The notes beneath the pieces are model-generated. The model was not told the DNA's origin. It searched no databases and saw only the letters and a list, made by a program, of their open reading frames with translations. The translations under genes were made by a program, and so were the position numbers. Positions 30,781 to 40,479 of a DNA stretch of 64,000 bases are shown in pieces (the stretch's first letter is position 1; every line of letters starts with the position of its first letter). The stretch is from an uncultured Chloroflexia bacterium (GTDB lineage Bacteria > Chloroflexota > Anaerolineae > B4-G1 > SLSP01), in NCBI GenBank assembly GCA_963751345.1, contig CAVVUS010000013.1, positions 86,707 through 150,706 on the forward strand. Reading direction: 5' to 3'.

Positions 30781-33654
30781 TTACTGTATCCCTGCTTCGC
30801 CGACGTGGAGGATGGATCGCGATGGCCTGACGCCATCGTAGAGCCCCTCCAGCACATCCTCCAGCCGCTGGGCGATCGCCTGACGTCTCAGCTTGAGATT
30901 GCCGGTGAGGTCGCCGGCCTCGACCGAGAGATCGTTTGCCAGCACCGCCCAGCGCTTGACCTGCTCGGGGTGCGACAAGCCGCGGTTGATCTGGCCGACC
31001 AGGCGGTCGATGCGTTGCCCGGCGTGCGCATCCAGCACCTTGTCGTGGATCCATAGCAGGGCGACACAGTAGGGTCGTTGCTCGCCGACAACCATCGCCT
31101 CGGTCACGCCGGGGATCTCCCTCAGACGCGACTCTACCTGTGCCGGCTGGATGTATTTCCCGTACGACGTCTTGATCAGCTCCTTCTTGCGCCCGGTCAG
31201 GATCAGGCTCCCCTCCGGCGAGAGAGTGCCCAGGTCGCCGGTCGCCAGCCATCCGTCCCGGAAGGGCTGGTCGGTCTCGTCCTCCCCTCCGAAATAACCT
31301 GCCATCACCTGCGGTCCGCGCACCAACACCTCGCCGTCCTCGGCCACGCGGATCTCGGTCTGGGGAAGCGGTTGGCCTACCGTCGCCAGATGATTCGCTC
31401 CGAGGCGGTTCAGTGTGACGAGCGGAGCTTCCGTCATTCCGTAAGCGTTGTGAATCTCGATGCCCAAGTCTCGGAATTCCTTGAGCAGCCCCTCGCCACA
31501 GGGCGCCGAACCGACGATCAGTTGGGCACAGTGGTCGAGGCCGGCCTTGCGCAAGGTCCGCCGGCGAACCAGGGCCCCCAGAGCGCGCTTCTGGAGTTGG
31601 TCCACAGGCCGCTCGCTCGGCAGACTCAGATATCGGCGCCCAATCGGATTGGCAGCCAGTGCCTCCCAGATCTTCTCATAGATGCGCGGCACGGAGAAGA
31701 AGATCGTCGGACGCACGCGGGGCAGCATCCGCTGGACATCCTTCAGGTCCTCCAGGAAGTAGATGTTGACCGGCGCCGGCACGTAATACGGGCAGTAGGT
31801 CGCCAGGATCCCTTCGACGACGTGGTTCATGGGCAGGAAGGATAAGTAGCTGGCGGGCCTGTTGCGCGGCCCCCAGGGCATCAACGACGCCATAGTCTGC
31901 CCTATCCAGCGCAGGTGCTGGTGCTGGAAGCTCACCCCTTTGGACTGGCCCGTGGTGCCTGAGGTATAGCGCAGCGTGGCCAGATCGCCGAACTCTACCG
32001 GCGCCTGGAGCGGCACCGAGCGCCCCTCTCCCCGGGCCAGGAATGCATCCCAGGTCATCACCTGCGGAATCGGACCTGCGGGCACAGGGCCCCGGCAGAA
32101 GGAGACGATCGGCAGGTCCGTCCGGATTTCGCCCAGTCGCTCCAGGATTTTCGGGGCACCCACGAGCAGCAGCCGCGCACCACTGGCCGAGAGGATGTGG
32201 TCGATCTCCTCCGGTGGGCTGGTGTAGTACAGCGGGACGCTCACTGCCCCGATCAGGCCGATGGCTGTGTCGAGGGTCAGATAGCGCGCGCTATTGAGGC
32301 CGACAAGCGCGACCCGTTCTCCCGGCAAGACACCGAGCGCGACCAGTGACCCGGCAGCCGCCAGGATCTCGCGCCGCATTTCGCCGCCGCTGTGCTTGAC
32401 CAACCTCCCCTCCACGATGTCATAGTAGCTGAGCGGCCGGGTCCTGCTTCGAAGGCGGACGAGAAGCTGCTCGTGGACCGTCCGTTCCGAGCCGTGCATG
32501 AAATTGTGGTCAACGGCGTACGCAAGTAGGTGGGGCACGAACTCGCGCCAGTCCAGCCGGTAGGGACCCAACAGCCGGTCGACGTTGTCTCGCTGGAACT
32601 GCTTGCGCTCACTGAAGTAGGGCAGGAGCGCAAGCATGCTGCCGAGCTCGCGCAACCAGGGCTTCCGGCGGCCCTGCGCCGGGGTCACGGCGTGGTCCGC
32701 GGATCCTCGGTCGGACCGGACGTGCTTCCGGGGCAGCGGCAGACGGATGAATAGCGGCCTGGGCAGGCGCATCCCGAGGCGCTCGCGCGCCCAGGCCCGC
32801 ACCAGCCCTAGCAACTCGCCCACCTGGGGCAGCGACCCGGTGGGCGCCGTAAGGTGAAAGGTCAGCCCTTCGGCCTCGGAGCAGAAAGTCAGGCGTGCGA
32901 TGGCCTCGGCCACATAGTCCACCGGCACAATGTTGACCCGTAGAGATCGGCCTGCTGGCACGATGGGCAGCTTGCCGGTGAGATAGAGCCGCAGTGGGAA
33001 GTAGACTGTGTTGAAGGTCCTGATCTCTCCGGTGTCCGCGGCACCCACGATCATCCCCGGGCGGAAGACGGAGACCGGCAGCTTGCTCCTCACCGCCTGC
33101 ACCAGACGTTCGGCTTCGTACTTGCTCGCCTCGTACGCGCAGTTGAAGCCATAGGCTCCGGTGAGGTCCGCCTCTGATATCGAGCCACTCCGCCCACCCG
33201 CTACGTAGGCAGTGGAGACATGCGCATAGCGCTCCAGGCCGTGATCGAGATGCGCAAGATGGGCCAGCTCCAGCATGTTGGCCGTCCCCTGCACGTTGGT
33301 CTTGCGCAGTTCGTCGATCGGCCCATCCAGGCGGAGATCGGCCGCGCAGTGGATAATGTGCGTGACGCGTTGCAGCAGGCGGACATAGGTCGCTTCATCC
33401 AGACCCAGATGTGGCGATGAGACGTCGCCCGGCAGTACCTCAACTCGCACTCCTTCTGTGACGGCACTCGCCAGTTCCGGCCAATCCCACCAGGCGCGGG
33501 ACAGACGGTGGGCTGCTGCCGTCGGGTCTCCGGCGCGCACCAGGGCTATGAGGATGAGACCCCTCTCGTGGACGAGCCTCCGGGCAATCTGGGCTCCCAG
33601 AAAGCCGGTCGCGCCCGTGAGCAGCACACAGCTATGCAATGTGCTGTCGCTCAT
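30781..33654 (-). CDS. Fusion of extended-SDR acyl reductase (NAD_binding_4) and long-chain acyl-CoA synthetase-like adenylation domain
   Basis: TGATGFLG, HCAA, HVSTAYV and YEASK in the N-half; YTSGTTGQSKG, SFLPMNH, NAYGMTE, TGDLG and GRKKELIK in the C-half; single uninterrupted 957-aa ORF. Confidence 0.88.
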   Translation of the reverse strand: MSDSTLHSCVLLTGATGFLGAQIARRLVHERGLILIALVRAGDPTAAAHRLSRAWWDWPELASAVTEGVRVEVLPGDVSSPHLGLDEATYVRLLQRVTHIIHCAADLRLDGPIDELRKTNVQGTANMLELAHLAHLDHGLERYAHVSTAYVAGGRSGSISEADLTGAYGFNCAYEASKYEAERLVQAVRSKLPVSVFRPGMIVGAADTGEIRTFNTVYFPLRLYLTGKLPIVPAGRSLRVNIVPVDYVAEAIARLTFCSEAEGLTFHLTAPTGSLPQVGELLGLVRAWARERLGMRLPRPLFIRLPLPRKHVRSDRGSADHAVTPAQGRRKPWLRELGSMLALLPYFSERKQFQRDNVDRLLGPYRLDWREFVPHLLAYAVDHNFMHGSERTVHEQLLVRLRSRTRPLSYYDIVEGRLVKHSGGEMRREILAAAGSLVALGVLPGERVALVGLNSARYLTLDTAIGLIGAVSVPLYYTSPPEEIDHILSASGARLLLVGAPKILERLGEIRTDLPIVSFCRGPVPAGPIPQVMTWDAFLARGEGRSVPLQAPVEFGDLATLRYTSGTTGQSKGVSFQHQHLRWIGQTMASLMPWGPRNRPASYLSFLPMNHVVEGILATYCPYYVPAPVNIYFLEDLKDVQRMLPRVRPTIFFSVPRIYEKIWEALAANPIGRRYLSLPSERPVDQLQKRALGALVRRRTLRKAGLDHCAQLIVGSAPCGEGLLKEFRDLGIEIHNAYGMTEAPLVTLNRLGANHLATVGQPLPQTEIRVAEDGEVLVRGPQVMAGYFGGEDETDQPFRDGWLATGDLGTLSPEGSLILTGRKKELIKTSYGKYIQPAQVESRLREIPGVTEAMVVGEQRPYCVALLWIHDKVLDAHAGQRIDRLVGQINRGLSHPEQVKRWAVLANDLSVEAGDLTGNLKLRRQAIAQRLEDVLEGLYDGVRPSRSILHVGEAGIQ

Positions 33655-35006
33655 GCTGCCGCCGGAATGGGCACGACCGGACTGGACACAGGCTCCCAGC
33701 CCTGCGCCCGGACGAATTCCCTGAGCAGCGAGCGATTGCGCCGAGCGTCACCCAGGTGTCTCTCATAGCCGCAACGCAACGCATCTCGGACGCACGATGG
33801 GTCCTCCAGCAACCACTCGACGCGCGGCCGTAAGGCTTCGTAGACGTCACCGGCATTCGGCTCGACGAAGAAATCCTCGTAGAGCCCCAGCTCCTGATAG
33901 ATGGTCTGCAGACGCAGGTCGTGGCCGACAGCGATCTGCGGGACCTGCGCCGCCAAGGAGAGCACGCAGGCGTGATAGCGGGAGGTCACCAGCAGGTCAA
34001 GACTGCGCAGGATGGAGGCCATCTGCGAGGCATTGTACTCACGGGAGCAGAAAATCCGCGCTCGGTCGGGATGGGTCATATAGCCGTGCACCTTTTTGAG
34101 CAGGGCCTCATCGAGGGATTCCATGCCGATCAGCGCAACCGGCTTGCCGTACCGTGCGATCACCTCATCGGCTAGGGCCGCGTAGCCGCGCGCCAGCGTA
34201 TCTGTGGCACGGGTACGCTCGGGCGAGCGCGTGAAGTAGTACGGCCACTTGTAGCAGTTGCCCTTGGGACCCCATGGCCGCATGATGACCGGCCATTGGT
34301 AGAAGTCCACCAGCGCCATACCCACCACGCCGCGCCAGGCCTCGGGCCAGGTCCTGGAGAACAGGCCCTTGTCGGCGGGGTCAGGCCGAAAGGTGAAAGC
34401 GTTATCGGCGGTCACGTCCACGGGCGCGGTGACGCCGAGGGAGCGCAGACGCTCCGCAGCCGCCGCCGAGCGGGTGATGATCAGCGAGGTCTTGCTGGCC
34501 TCACGGCGCACCAGTTGCCGGTTGAAGGTCGACTTCACCTCACCCGCGTCCACCGCGTAGGCCAAACAAGGCTTGCCCATTTCGTGAGCGCAGCGTGTCG
34601 TCCACAGATAGGCCCACAGCATCGCGGACGTCCAGGTATCCATATAGGTGCTCCCCTCCACCAGCATCACCAGATCGCTCTCACGAACGAGGCGGCGAGC
34701 AGCAGCGAAGAAGAGGGTCGGCATGGGGGCGATGCGCAAGTTCGGCCCCTCCTTGATGTACCGCCGCAGGTTTGGCGGATTAATGCTGGGGACCGTGATC
34801 ACAGCTTGTGGACCCAGCACCTCGCGCACATTCTCAATGTCGGCTTGGAGCAATGCCTCTGCTCCGGTGTTGTTTGCCCCGTTGTAGCCGAGCATCAGCA
34901 CCCGCGGCGCAGGGCGCGTAGCAGTCGGCGGCGCGCTTCTCGCCCCCTCAGGCCATTGGACCGGTGATCCGGCCAACCCACTCGAACCGGAACTTGGAGT
35001 TCTCAT
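33651..35006 (-). CDS. Polysaccharide pyruvyl transferase family protein
   Basis: GYNGANNTGAEA, LIITRS, TADNAF and LVTSRYHACVLS motifs; stop overlaps the next start (ATGA). Confidence 0.8.
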   Translation of the reverse strand: MRTPSSGSSGLAGSPVQWPEGARSAPPTATRPAPRVLMLGYNGANNTGAEALLQADIENVREVLGPQAVITVPSINPPNLRRYIKEGPNLRIAPMPTLFFAAARRLVRESDLVMLVEGSTYMDTWTSAMLWAYLWTTRCAHEMGKPCLAYAVDAGEVKSTFNRQLVRREASKTSLIITRSAAAAERLRSLGVTAPVDVTADNAFTFRPDPADKGLFSRTWPEAWRGVVGMALVDFYQWPVIMRPWGPKGNCYKWPYYFTRSPERTRATDTLARGYAALADEVIARYGKPVALIGMESLDEALLKKVHGYMTHPDRARIFCSREYNASQMASILRSLDLLVTSRYHACVLSLAAQVPQIAVGHDLRLQTIYQELGLYEDFFVEPNAGDVYEALRPRVEWLLEDPSCVRDALRCGYERHLGDARRNRSLLREFVRAQGWEPVSSPVVPIPAAA

Positions 35007-35042
35007 ATCGTCCCTCTATGCTTTCCTACCTGACTTAATCAT

Positions 35043-35100
35043 AGTCTAGCGCGGCGCGAGGTGGGTCGCATCTGCCAAAGGGGATACTCGCGGGTTATTT
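35043..35100 (-). promoter_or_regulatory. Conserved 35-bp operator/-35 plus -10 (TAGACT), copy 1
   Basis: TCGCATCTGCCAAAGGGGATACTCGCGGGTTATTT at 35066-35100; 17-bp spacer to the -10. Confidence 0.8.
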
Positions 35101-35107
35101 GCACGGT

Positions 35108-35608
35108 TTAGAAGCGAGATCGATACGGAATCAGCCGGTCAACCCTTGCGACGTAATCCTGATACTCCTTGCCAAAGACATTCGCGAGGTGCTTCTCCTC
35201 TGCGCCGATGAAGATCAGCACGCCTGCATATAAGAAGACTGAAGGGACGAAGTAGACCCAGGTGAGCGTGATCAATGCGACGGCCGGAAGGACGAATAGG
35301 GCGACACTGGCGTAGATGGGATTGCGGACGACGCCGTAGGCGCCGGTGGTGACCAGTCTGCCTTTGGGGAAGCCGGCGAGCAGCTGGACGACCGCCGCTC
35401 CCCACAGGACCAGCCCCGGAACGAGTAACACATATCCCACGGGTCTCAGAAAACTGACGCTCTCGGGCAGTGCTGCGACCCGGGGTAGATACGTGCTGAC
35501 CAGGATAGCGCCTACCAACGACGGGAGCATAAAGAGAATGATCTTCCCACCCTGCCCCACGATGCCCATACCGTGCTGCTTCCTGAAGATGCCTGCTATA
35601 GCGTTCAT
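35108..35608 (-). CDS. Isoprenylcysteine carboxylmethyltransferase/PEMT-like membrane methyltransferase
   Basis: LVTTGAYGVVRNPIY and EEKHL..FGKEY..Y..RV.RLIP motifs. Confidence 0.85.
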   Translation of the reverse strand: MNAIAGIFRKQHGMGIVGQGGKIILFMLPSLVGAILVSTYLPRVAALPESVSFLRPVGYVLLVPGLVLWGAAVVQLLAGFPKGRLVTTGAYGVVRNPIYASVALFVLPAVALITLTWVYFVPSVFLYAGVLIFIGAEEKHLANVFGKEYQDYVARVDRLIPYRSRF

Positions 35609-35706
35609 TGTTCTTCTCCTGTTTTCACTCGATCTGCCGGAATCATCAATGTGAGCCTACTGCTCGCGAATTGCGAGACTTCAACGCATGCGAACGGGGG
35701 AACCTC

Positions 35707-37209
35707 CTATTCGCCAACAACAAAAACCGGAGGCTGGACCTCCTTCAGGCAGTTGGTGTCCACCCCCTCAACCGTGCCGAGTTCAACGAACTGGGCCTCG
35801 ATGGACCACCGACAACGGATCTCTGAGCCATCGGACAGCCAGTGCCCCTGGTAGGGCTCAACCAGCGCCAAGGAGTTCGGCCATAGGTCCTTCGACCCGG
35901 CCATATTCTCGGGTGGGCACTGTGGATCCCATGCGCCATTCAGGATCAGGACGGGGACATCCGAGTGTGGCTGAGTGCTCGTGCCTTCCGGCATTTCGCC
36001 TCGCGGCGTAAGCTGGCAGGCAAAGGCGTGGTTCTGGGCCAGGCTGACGTACCAGCCCTTGAGATAGCTGCCTTCACTGAGTTCGGCCACCACGTCAGGC
36101 TCGAAGACGGCCCACTTCTCGTAACAGCGAATCACGTGCTCCATCACCTGTGAACCCCAATCGCCCGGCCCATACCTGAGGTAGAAGTTGACGATGCCCG
36201 TCCACTCGTCGTCTGCGTAGGCTCTGTGGACCAGGCCCGGTAGGCCGGCGGCTTGCCTTGAGTCCAGCATCATCACGCGCAGCACCTCGGCCAACAGATC
36301 ACCGGTGAACGTGATGCTGTCGGAGGCCGGGTCAGCCGGTTCTATGACCTTCGGTTCCCGGCCGAGGCGTTCGAGCAGCCCGGCAAGCTCTGTCCGCAGC
36401 CCAGGGTACGCCGTATGGCAGGCGCTATCCGCCTCGCACTGCGCGAGCAGCAGGTCCATGGCTCTCTGGCCATTCCTCGCCCACAGCTCAAAAAGCGGCG
36501 TATCGAGCAACGTTCCCCCCGAGAGAATGACGCTCCGTACATGCTCTTCGTGCTGACGCAGGTAATACTGGGCCGCTGTGGCACCGTAGGAGTGACCAAA
36601 CAGGTTGATCTTGTCGTAGCCGAGTGCCTCGCGGACCTCATCCAGATCATCCATCGCTACCGACGTCGTGTAGAAGCGCGGGTCCATGTGCTGGTCGATC
36701 TCTTCGAGCACCCCGCTAGCCCATTGCTCTGCTGTGCGCTCCATCTCGGCCTGCGAGAGCCCGGAGAGATCCGGGCCCGGCGGGATCACCACCCGGTTCG
36801 AGCCCCCCGTGCCCCGCTGGTCGACAAAGACCAGGTCGTGGGCATAGGCGAGATCATACGGGAACTGCGGCCCCTTGGCCGCATCTTCGGTGGCCGCGAC
36901 GCCCGGGCCCCCGGCCAGGTAGAAAATCGGGTCGGCGGCCGGGTTCGGGCTCTGCGCCTTGATAACGGCTACGCGAAGATCGATCGTGCGGCCCATGCTC
37001 GAAGTGCGATCTTCGTAGACCCGCAGGGCGCCGCAGAGCGCCGGCGTACTACCAAGGGTACAGGGCTCAAGATCGATGGTGGACCCTGGCGTTGGTGCAG
37101 CGGTTGCAGGCGCTATCGCAGCAGCAGACGGGCCACAACCCATCAGCAGGCTGACCCCCACGAGGCAGATACGACAATAGGTGAAACGCCGCTCACCACA
37201 CTTGCGCAT
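35707..37209 (-). CDS. Lipoprotein alpha/beta hydrolase (TAP-like peptidase/esterase)
   Basis: Lipobox LMGC; LAGGPG, DQRGTG, GHSYG nucleophile, NGAWDP and GH motifs. Confidence 0.85.
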   Translation of the reverse strand: MRKCGERRFTYCRICLVGVSLLMGCGPSAAAIAPATAAPTPGSTIDLEPCTLGSTPALCGALRVYEDRTSSMGRTIDLRVAVIKAQSPNPAADPIFYLAGGPGVAATEDAAKGPQFPYDLAYAHDLVFVDQRGTGGSNRVVIPPGPDLSGLSQAEMERTAEQWASGVLEEIDQHMDPRFYTTSVAMDDLDEVREALGYDKINLFGHSYGATAAQYYLRQHEEHVRSVILSGGTLLDTPLFELWARNGQRAMDLLLAQCEADSACHTAYPGLRTELAGLLERLGREPKVIEPADPASDSITFTGDLLAEVLRVMMLDSRQAAGLPGLVHRAYADDEWTGIVNFYLRYGPGDWGSQVMEHVIRCYEKWAVFEPDVVAELSEGSYLKGWYVSLAQNHAFACQLTPRGEMPEGTSTQPHSDVPVLILNGAWDPQCPPENMAGSKDLWPNSLALVEPYQGHWLSDGSEIRCRWSIEAQFVELGTVEGVDTNCLKEVQPPVFVVGE

Positions 37210-37237
37210 TTGGCTCTCCTCACCGGCATTTGCTCAC

Positions 37238-37295
37238 AGGGTAACGCGCGATGAGGAAATTCGCATCTGCCAAACGGGATATCCTTGGGTTTATT
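37238..37295 (-). promoter_or_regulatory. Conserved 35-bp operator/-35 plus -10 (TACCCT), copy 2
   Basis: TCGCATCTGCCAAACGGGATATCCTTGGGTTTATT at 37261-37295; 17-bp spacer. Confidence 0.8.
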
Positions 37296-37360
37296 CACCG
37301 GTCCGTCCGGGTGTGCGCTAGCATACACCTGCACTCGCCTGGGCGATGGACCGCGTGGAG

Positions 37361-38485
37361 CTAAGCTAGGATACCGAGCTGCCTGGCGCGCGCCACCGCT
37401 TCTGTACGATTGGCGACGTCGAGCTTGCGATAGATGCTCGCCGTGTGAGCTTTGACCGCTGAGCCCCTCCCACTTCTGGCAAAGCTCGAGGCCCGAGGAC
37501 ACAAGCTCGCGAGCCTCGTCCAGCTGGTTTCGCTCTCTCAGTAGATCGCCATAGTCCCTTTGAGTAGCGTCCGGCCAGCGTAGGTAATGGCCCTCCTCCT
37601 GCGCCAGCAGCTGCAGGCAACGCTCGAATAGTTCCGCCGCACGAACGAGCTGGCCTTGATGGGTCGCGATCCGCCCCAGCGCGTCCATGATGCTCGCGGT
37701 GTAGAAGGTGAAGTGATTCGCTTGGCTCAGGAGGGCCTCTTCCCACACGGCGTTGACCTGGTTGTAGTCCCCCTCATAGGAGTGGGCAACGCCTCGCTGC
37801 GCAAGAGCTTCGACCATCGCCTCGCTCTCCGCGGGCACCAGACGTGTCACCTGTTGGCTGGCCTCGATAATCCACGCAGTGTCTCCCAGTAGCGAAGCGG
37901 TGTTGCACTGGATGACGTAGAGAATGCCCAGGAGCTCCTGCTGACCTTTCACAGCCGGCGTGGTCTGGAGGTCACGTTCGGTAGCTCTCAGCCGCTCCTC
38001 GATCCCGGTCAGTTGACCGGTCTCGATCGTGGCAACAGCTTTGACCACGCTGGGCCTCGAACCAGCCTGCGGCCCGTTGGTTGGTGGATGCCCATACGGT
38101 TTGTGCCTGAGAACTTGCCAATGAATCCGCGAGCGTCCTCGCGATCGCGCATAGAGAGCGCCGCCATCTGCAACCCGGCGATCCACCCTTCCGTACGCTC
38201 TTCGAGCGCTGCGACCGAGTCGGGCTCCAACCCGAGGCCCATAACGTCGTTTAGGACCTGGCTGTCCGCCTCATCCAAAGAGAGCCAGGCTACCGGCGTT
38301 TCGGAGCCTGTAACACACGCTGCCACCAGGGCAGTCTTTCCGAAGCCCGCGGGCGCGGTAACCAACGTCAGAGGGCCACGCAGGCCTTGCGCACTCCGCG
38401 CCTGGAGTCGCGGTCGGGGGACGAGCTCTCGCCGGGTGAAGGGCAGATGTAGCTTCGTACGGATGAGCGCGTCAGACGCTTCCAT
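37361..38485 (-). pseudogene. Internally deleted MalT-like LuxR regulator
   Basis: Retains LIRTKLHLP, APAGFGKT, RTEGWIAGLQMAALSM, a TPR-like fragment and VKAHTASIYRKLDVANRTEAVARARQLGIL*, but spans 1.1 kb versus 2.8 kb for the intact paralog. Confidence 0.85.
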
Positions 38486-38548
38486 AGGGCTGAGTATACA
38501 CCTGCCCGGCACCGTGGGAGCGCTGCATAGGGATGGCGGTCACATCTT

Positions 38549-38643
38549 GTAGAGACGTGGCGGTGCCACGTCTCCGGCGGGACAAGCTCCGGACACCGGA
38601 CCTTGTGACGTCGCAGAGAGACGACCCGGCAGGTCGTCTCTAC
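38549..38643. repeat. Inverted pair of GTAG-type REP sequences (REPIN-like)
   Basis: GTAG-AGACGTGGC-ggt-GCCACGTCT and, on the opposite strand, GTAG-AGACGACC-tgccg-GGTCGTCT. Confidence 0.8.
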
Positions 38644-38727
38644 ATTCAAATAGCCAGCGGGCCGTCCGCGCGGTCGCGCAGATACGCTCGCCCCATGGGC
38701 CCGGAGCGAGTCGAGATGGCTACGCCC

Positions 38728-40403
38728 TCACGACATAGGCCAGGCCGGGGCCAGCTCGTGGACGACGAGGGAGCGGACCGCAGCATCGCCACCCACGGCG
38801 TAGATGCTCAGGCCATGCTTGTCAGCGGGCAAGATCACGCCGAGCGGCAGCGCCACCTGACCGTCGTTGCCGAAGATCTCGATCGAGGTGCGGTCGACGA
38901 GAATCTGCAGGCGGATGCAGCCATTGATCGCCGGCAAGGGCACCGTGCGTCCCTCACAGATCAGGGCAGCCCCGGCAACGTCATAGCGCACCGGGATGCC
39001 ACGGATCTCGAGGCCGACCTCGCGCGCGGCGCCGACCGCGAGTCTCGGCGCGGATGTCGAAAAGCTCGCCCTTGACGCCCACCGGCACGGCGTCGCCATC
39101 CCGCAGGGACTGGTCCGGCCAGCACCGCGACTCCCGGTGCAGCCGCGCCACCTCGCGCACCGGCTCGCTGAAGAGCCGCACACCCTCGGGCGTCGTGCGC
39201 AGCGTCAGCTCGCACGGGAAGGTCATCGACTGGTTGAAAGGCATGCCCGGTAGATCCACACGCAGCCACGCGATCTGGATTCGCCGCCCGTCGTCGTCCG
39301 GGATGTCGCTCCAGGTCTGGGCCGCGTACGCATCGCCGCCCCAATTGTAGCGGTGGATCTCCCCTTCGGGGGTGAAGGTCTCGCCGTCGAAGTCCCCGAG
39401 GACATAGCTGCCATCGGCGCCCCAGAAGAGCCAGCGCGAGTCCGCGGGGTTGCCGTCGACTGGCAGCTTGAAGATGTCGGGGCATTCTGTCGCCTCGCCG
39501 AGCGTGAGACTGTCAAGCTGCCGCCACGTCTTGAGGTCGGGCGAGCCAAAGAGCGCGTAGTCGTGACCGTCCAGGTAGAGGGCCATCACCCACTGCCCGC
39601 TCGGCGCGTGCCGGATGACTTTGGGATCGCGGTTGCTGCCGGCGATGTGCCCGAGCACCGGATTCCCGGCGTATTTGGTCAGCGTTCGTCCACCGTCCAC
39701 GCTATAGGCGATGCTCTGGACGAAAGGGTCGCCCGCGCACGTGTAGATGCAGACCAGCGGGGGCCGGCTGCCCACCTGGAAGCCGGTCGTGTTCTCCCGA
39801 TCGACGACGGCGGAGCCGGAGAACATGGTGCCGAGTTCGTCGGGGGCGAGAGCGTCTCCGAGCTCCTCCCAATGGACGAGATCGGGGCTCACAGCGTGTC
39901 CCCAATGCATATTGCCCCACTTCCAACCATAGGGGTTGTGCTGGTAGAAGAGGTGGTATTCGCCTTCGTAGAAGACAAGGCCGTTAGGATCGTTGTTCCA
40001 CCCGCGCTGTGACGAGAAGTGGAACTGTGGACGGTAGGTCTCGTGGTAGAGGCCATCGGGGTCAACGGGCGTATCGGCTTGCGTCGCTGCACCCAGGAGC
40101 GATCCGGGATCCTCGACGTCGTCGATCGTCAGCGCGAGGTCGTGGCCAATCCATGGCCGGAGATCGACGGCTACCCAGAAATCGGGAGCCCCCTCGGCCA
40201 ACTCGATGTCGAAGGCACGGACCTCCTCGCCTGCTACCGAATCTGCAGACGGGCTGGGAGAATCTGCGGGCCTGCAGACGAATCTGCAGGCGGGTCTGTA
40301 GGGGGCCTGCAGACGAGATCCGCACGCGCCGCATCGGCGCACCATTCTTGACGGGCAGCCGAAGGTAAGGTTCCGGCTGAGAAATGCGATACGTCCTGGT
40401 CAT
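38728..40403 (-). CDS. GH32 family beta-fructosidase/levanase; frameshifts near 40300 and 39040
   Basis: WNNDPNG, WGHAVS, FSGSAV, RDPKV, ECPD and YAAQTW motifs; C-terminal LVDRTSIEIF. Confidence 0.9.
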
Positions 40404-40479
40404 GAGCGTCTCCTTGTCTCTTGATCCGTTCCCACGGGCCCGATGGCTGGATATCTTCCTGACAGGCCGGCGACGCCTG

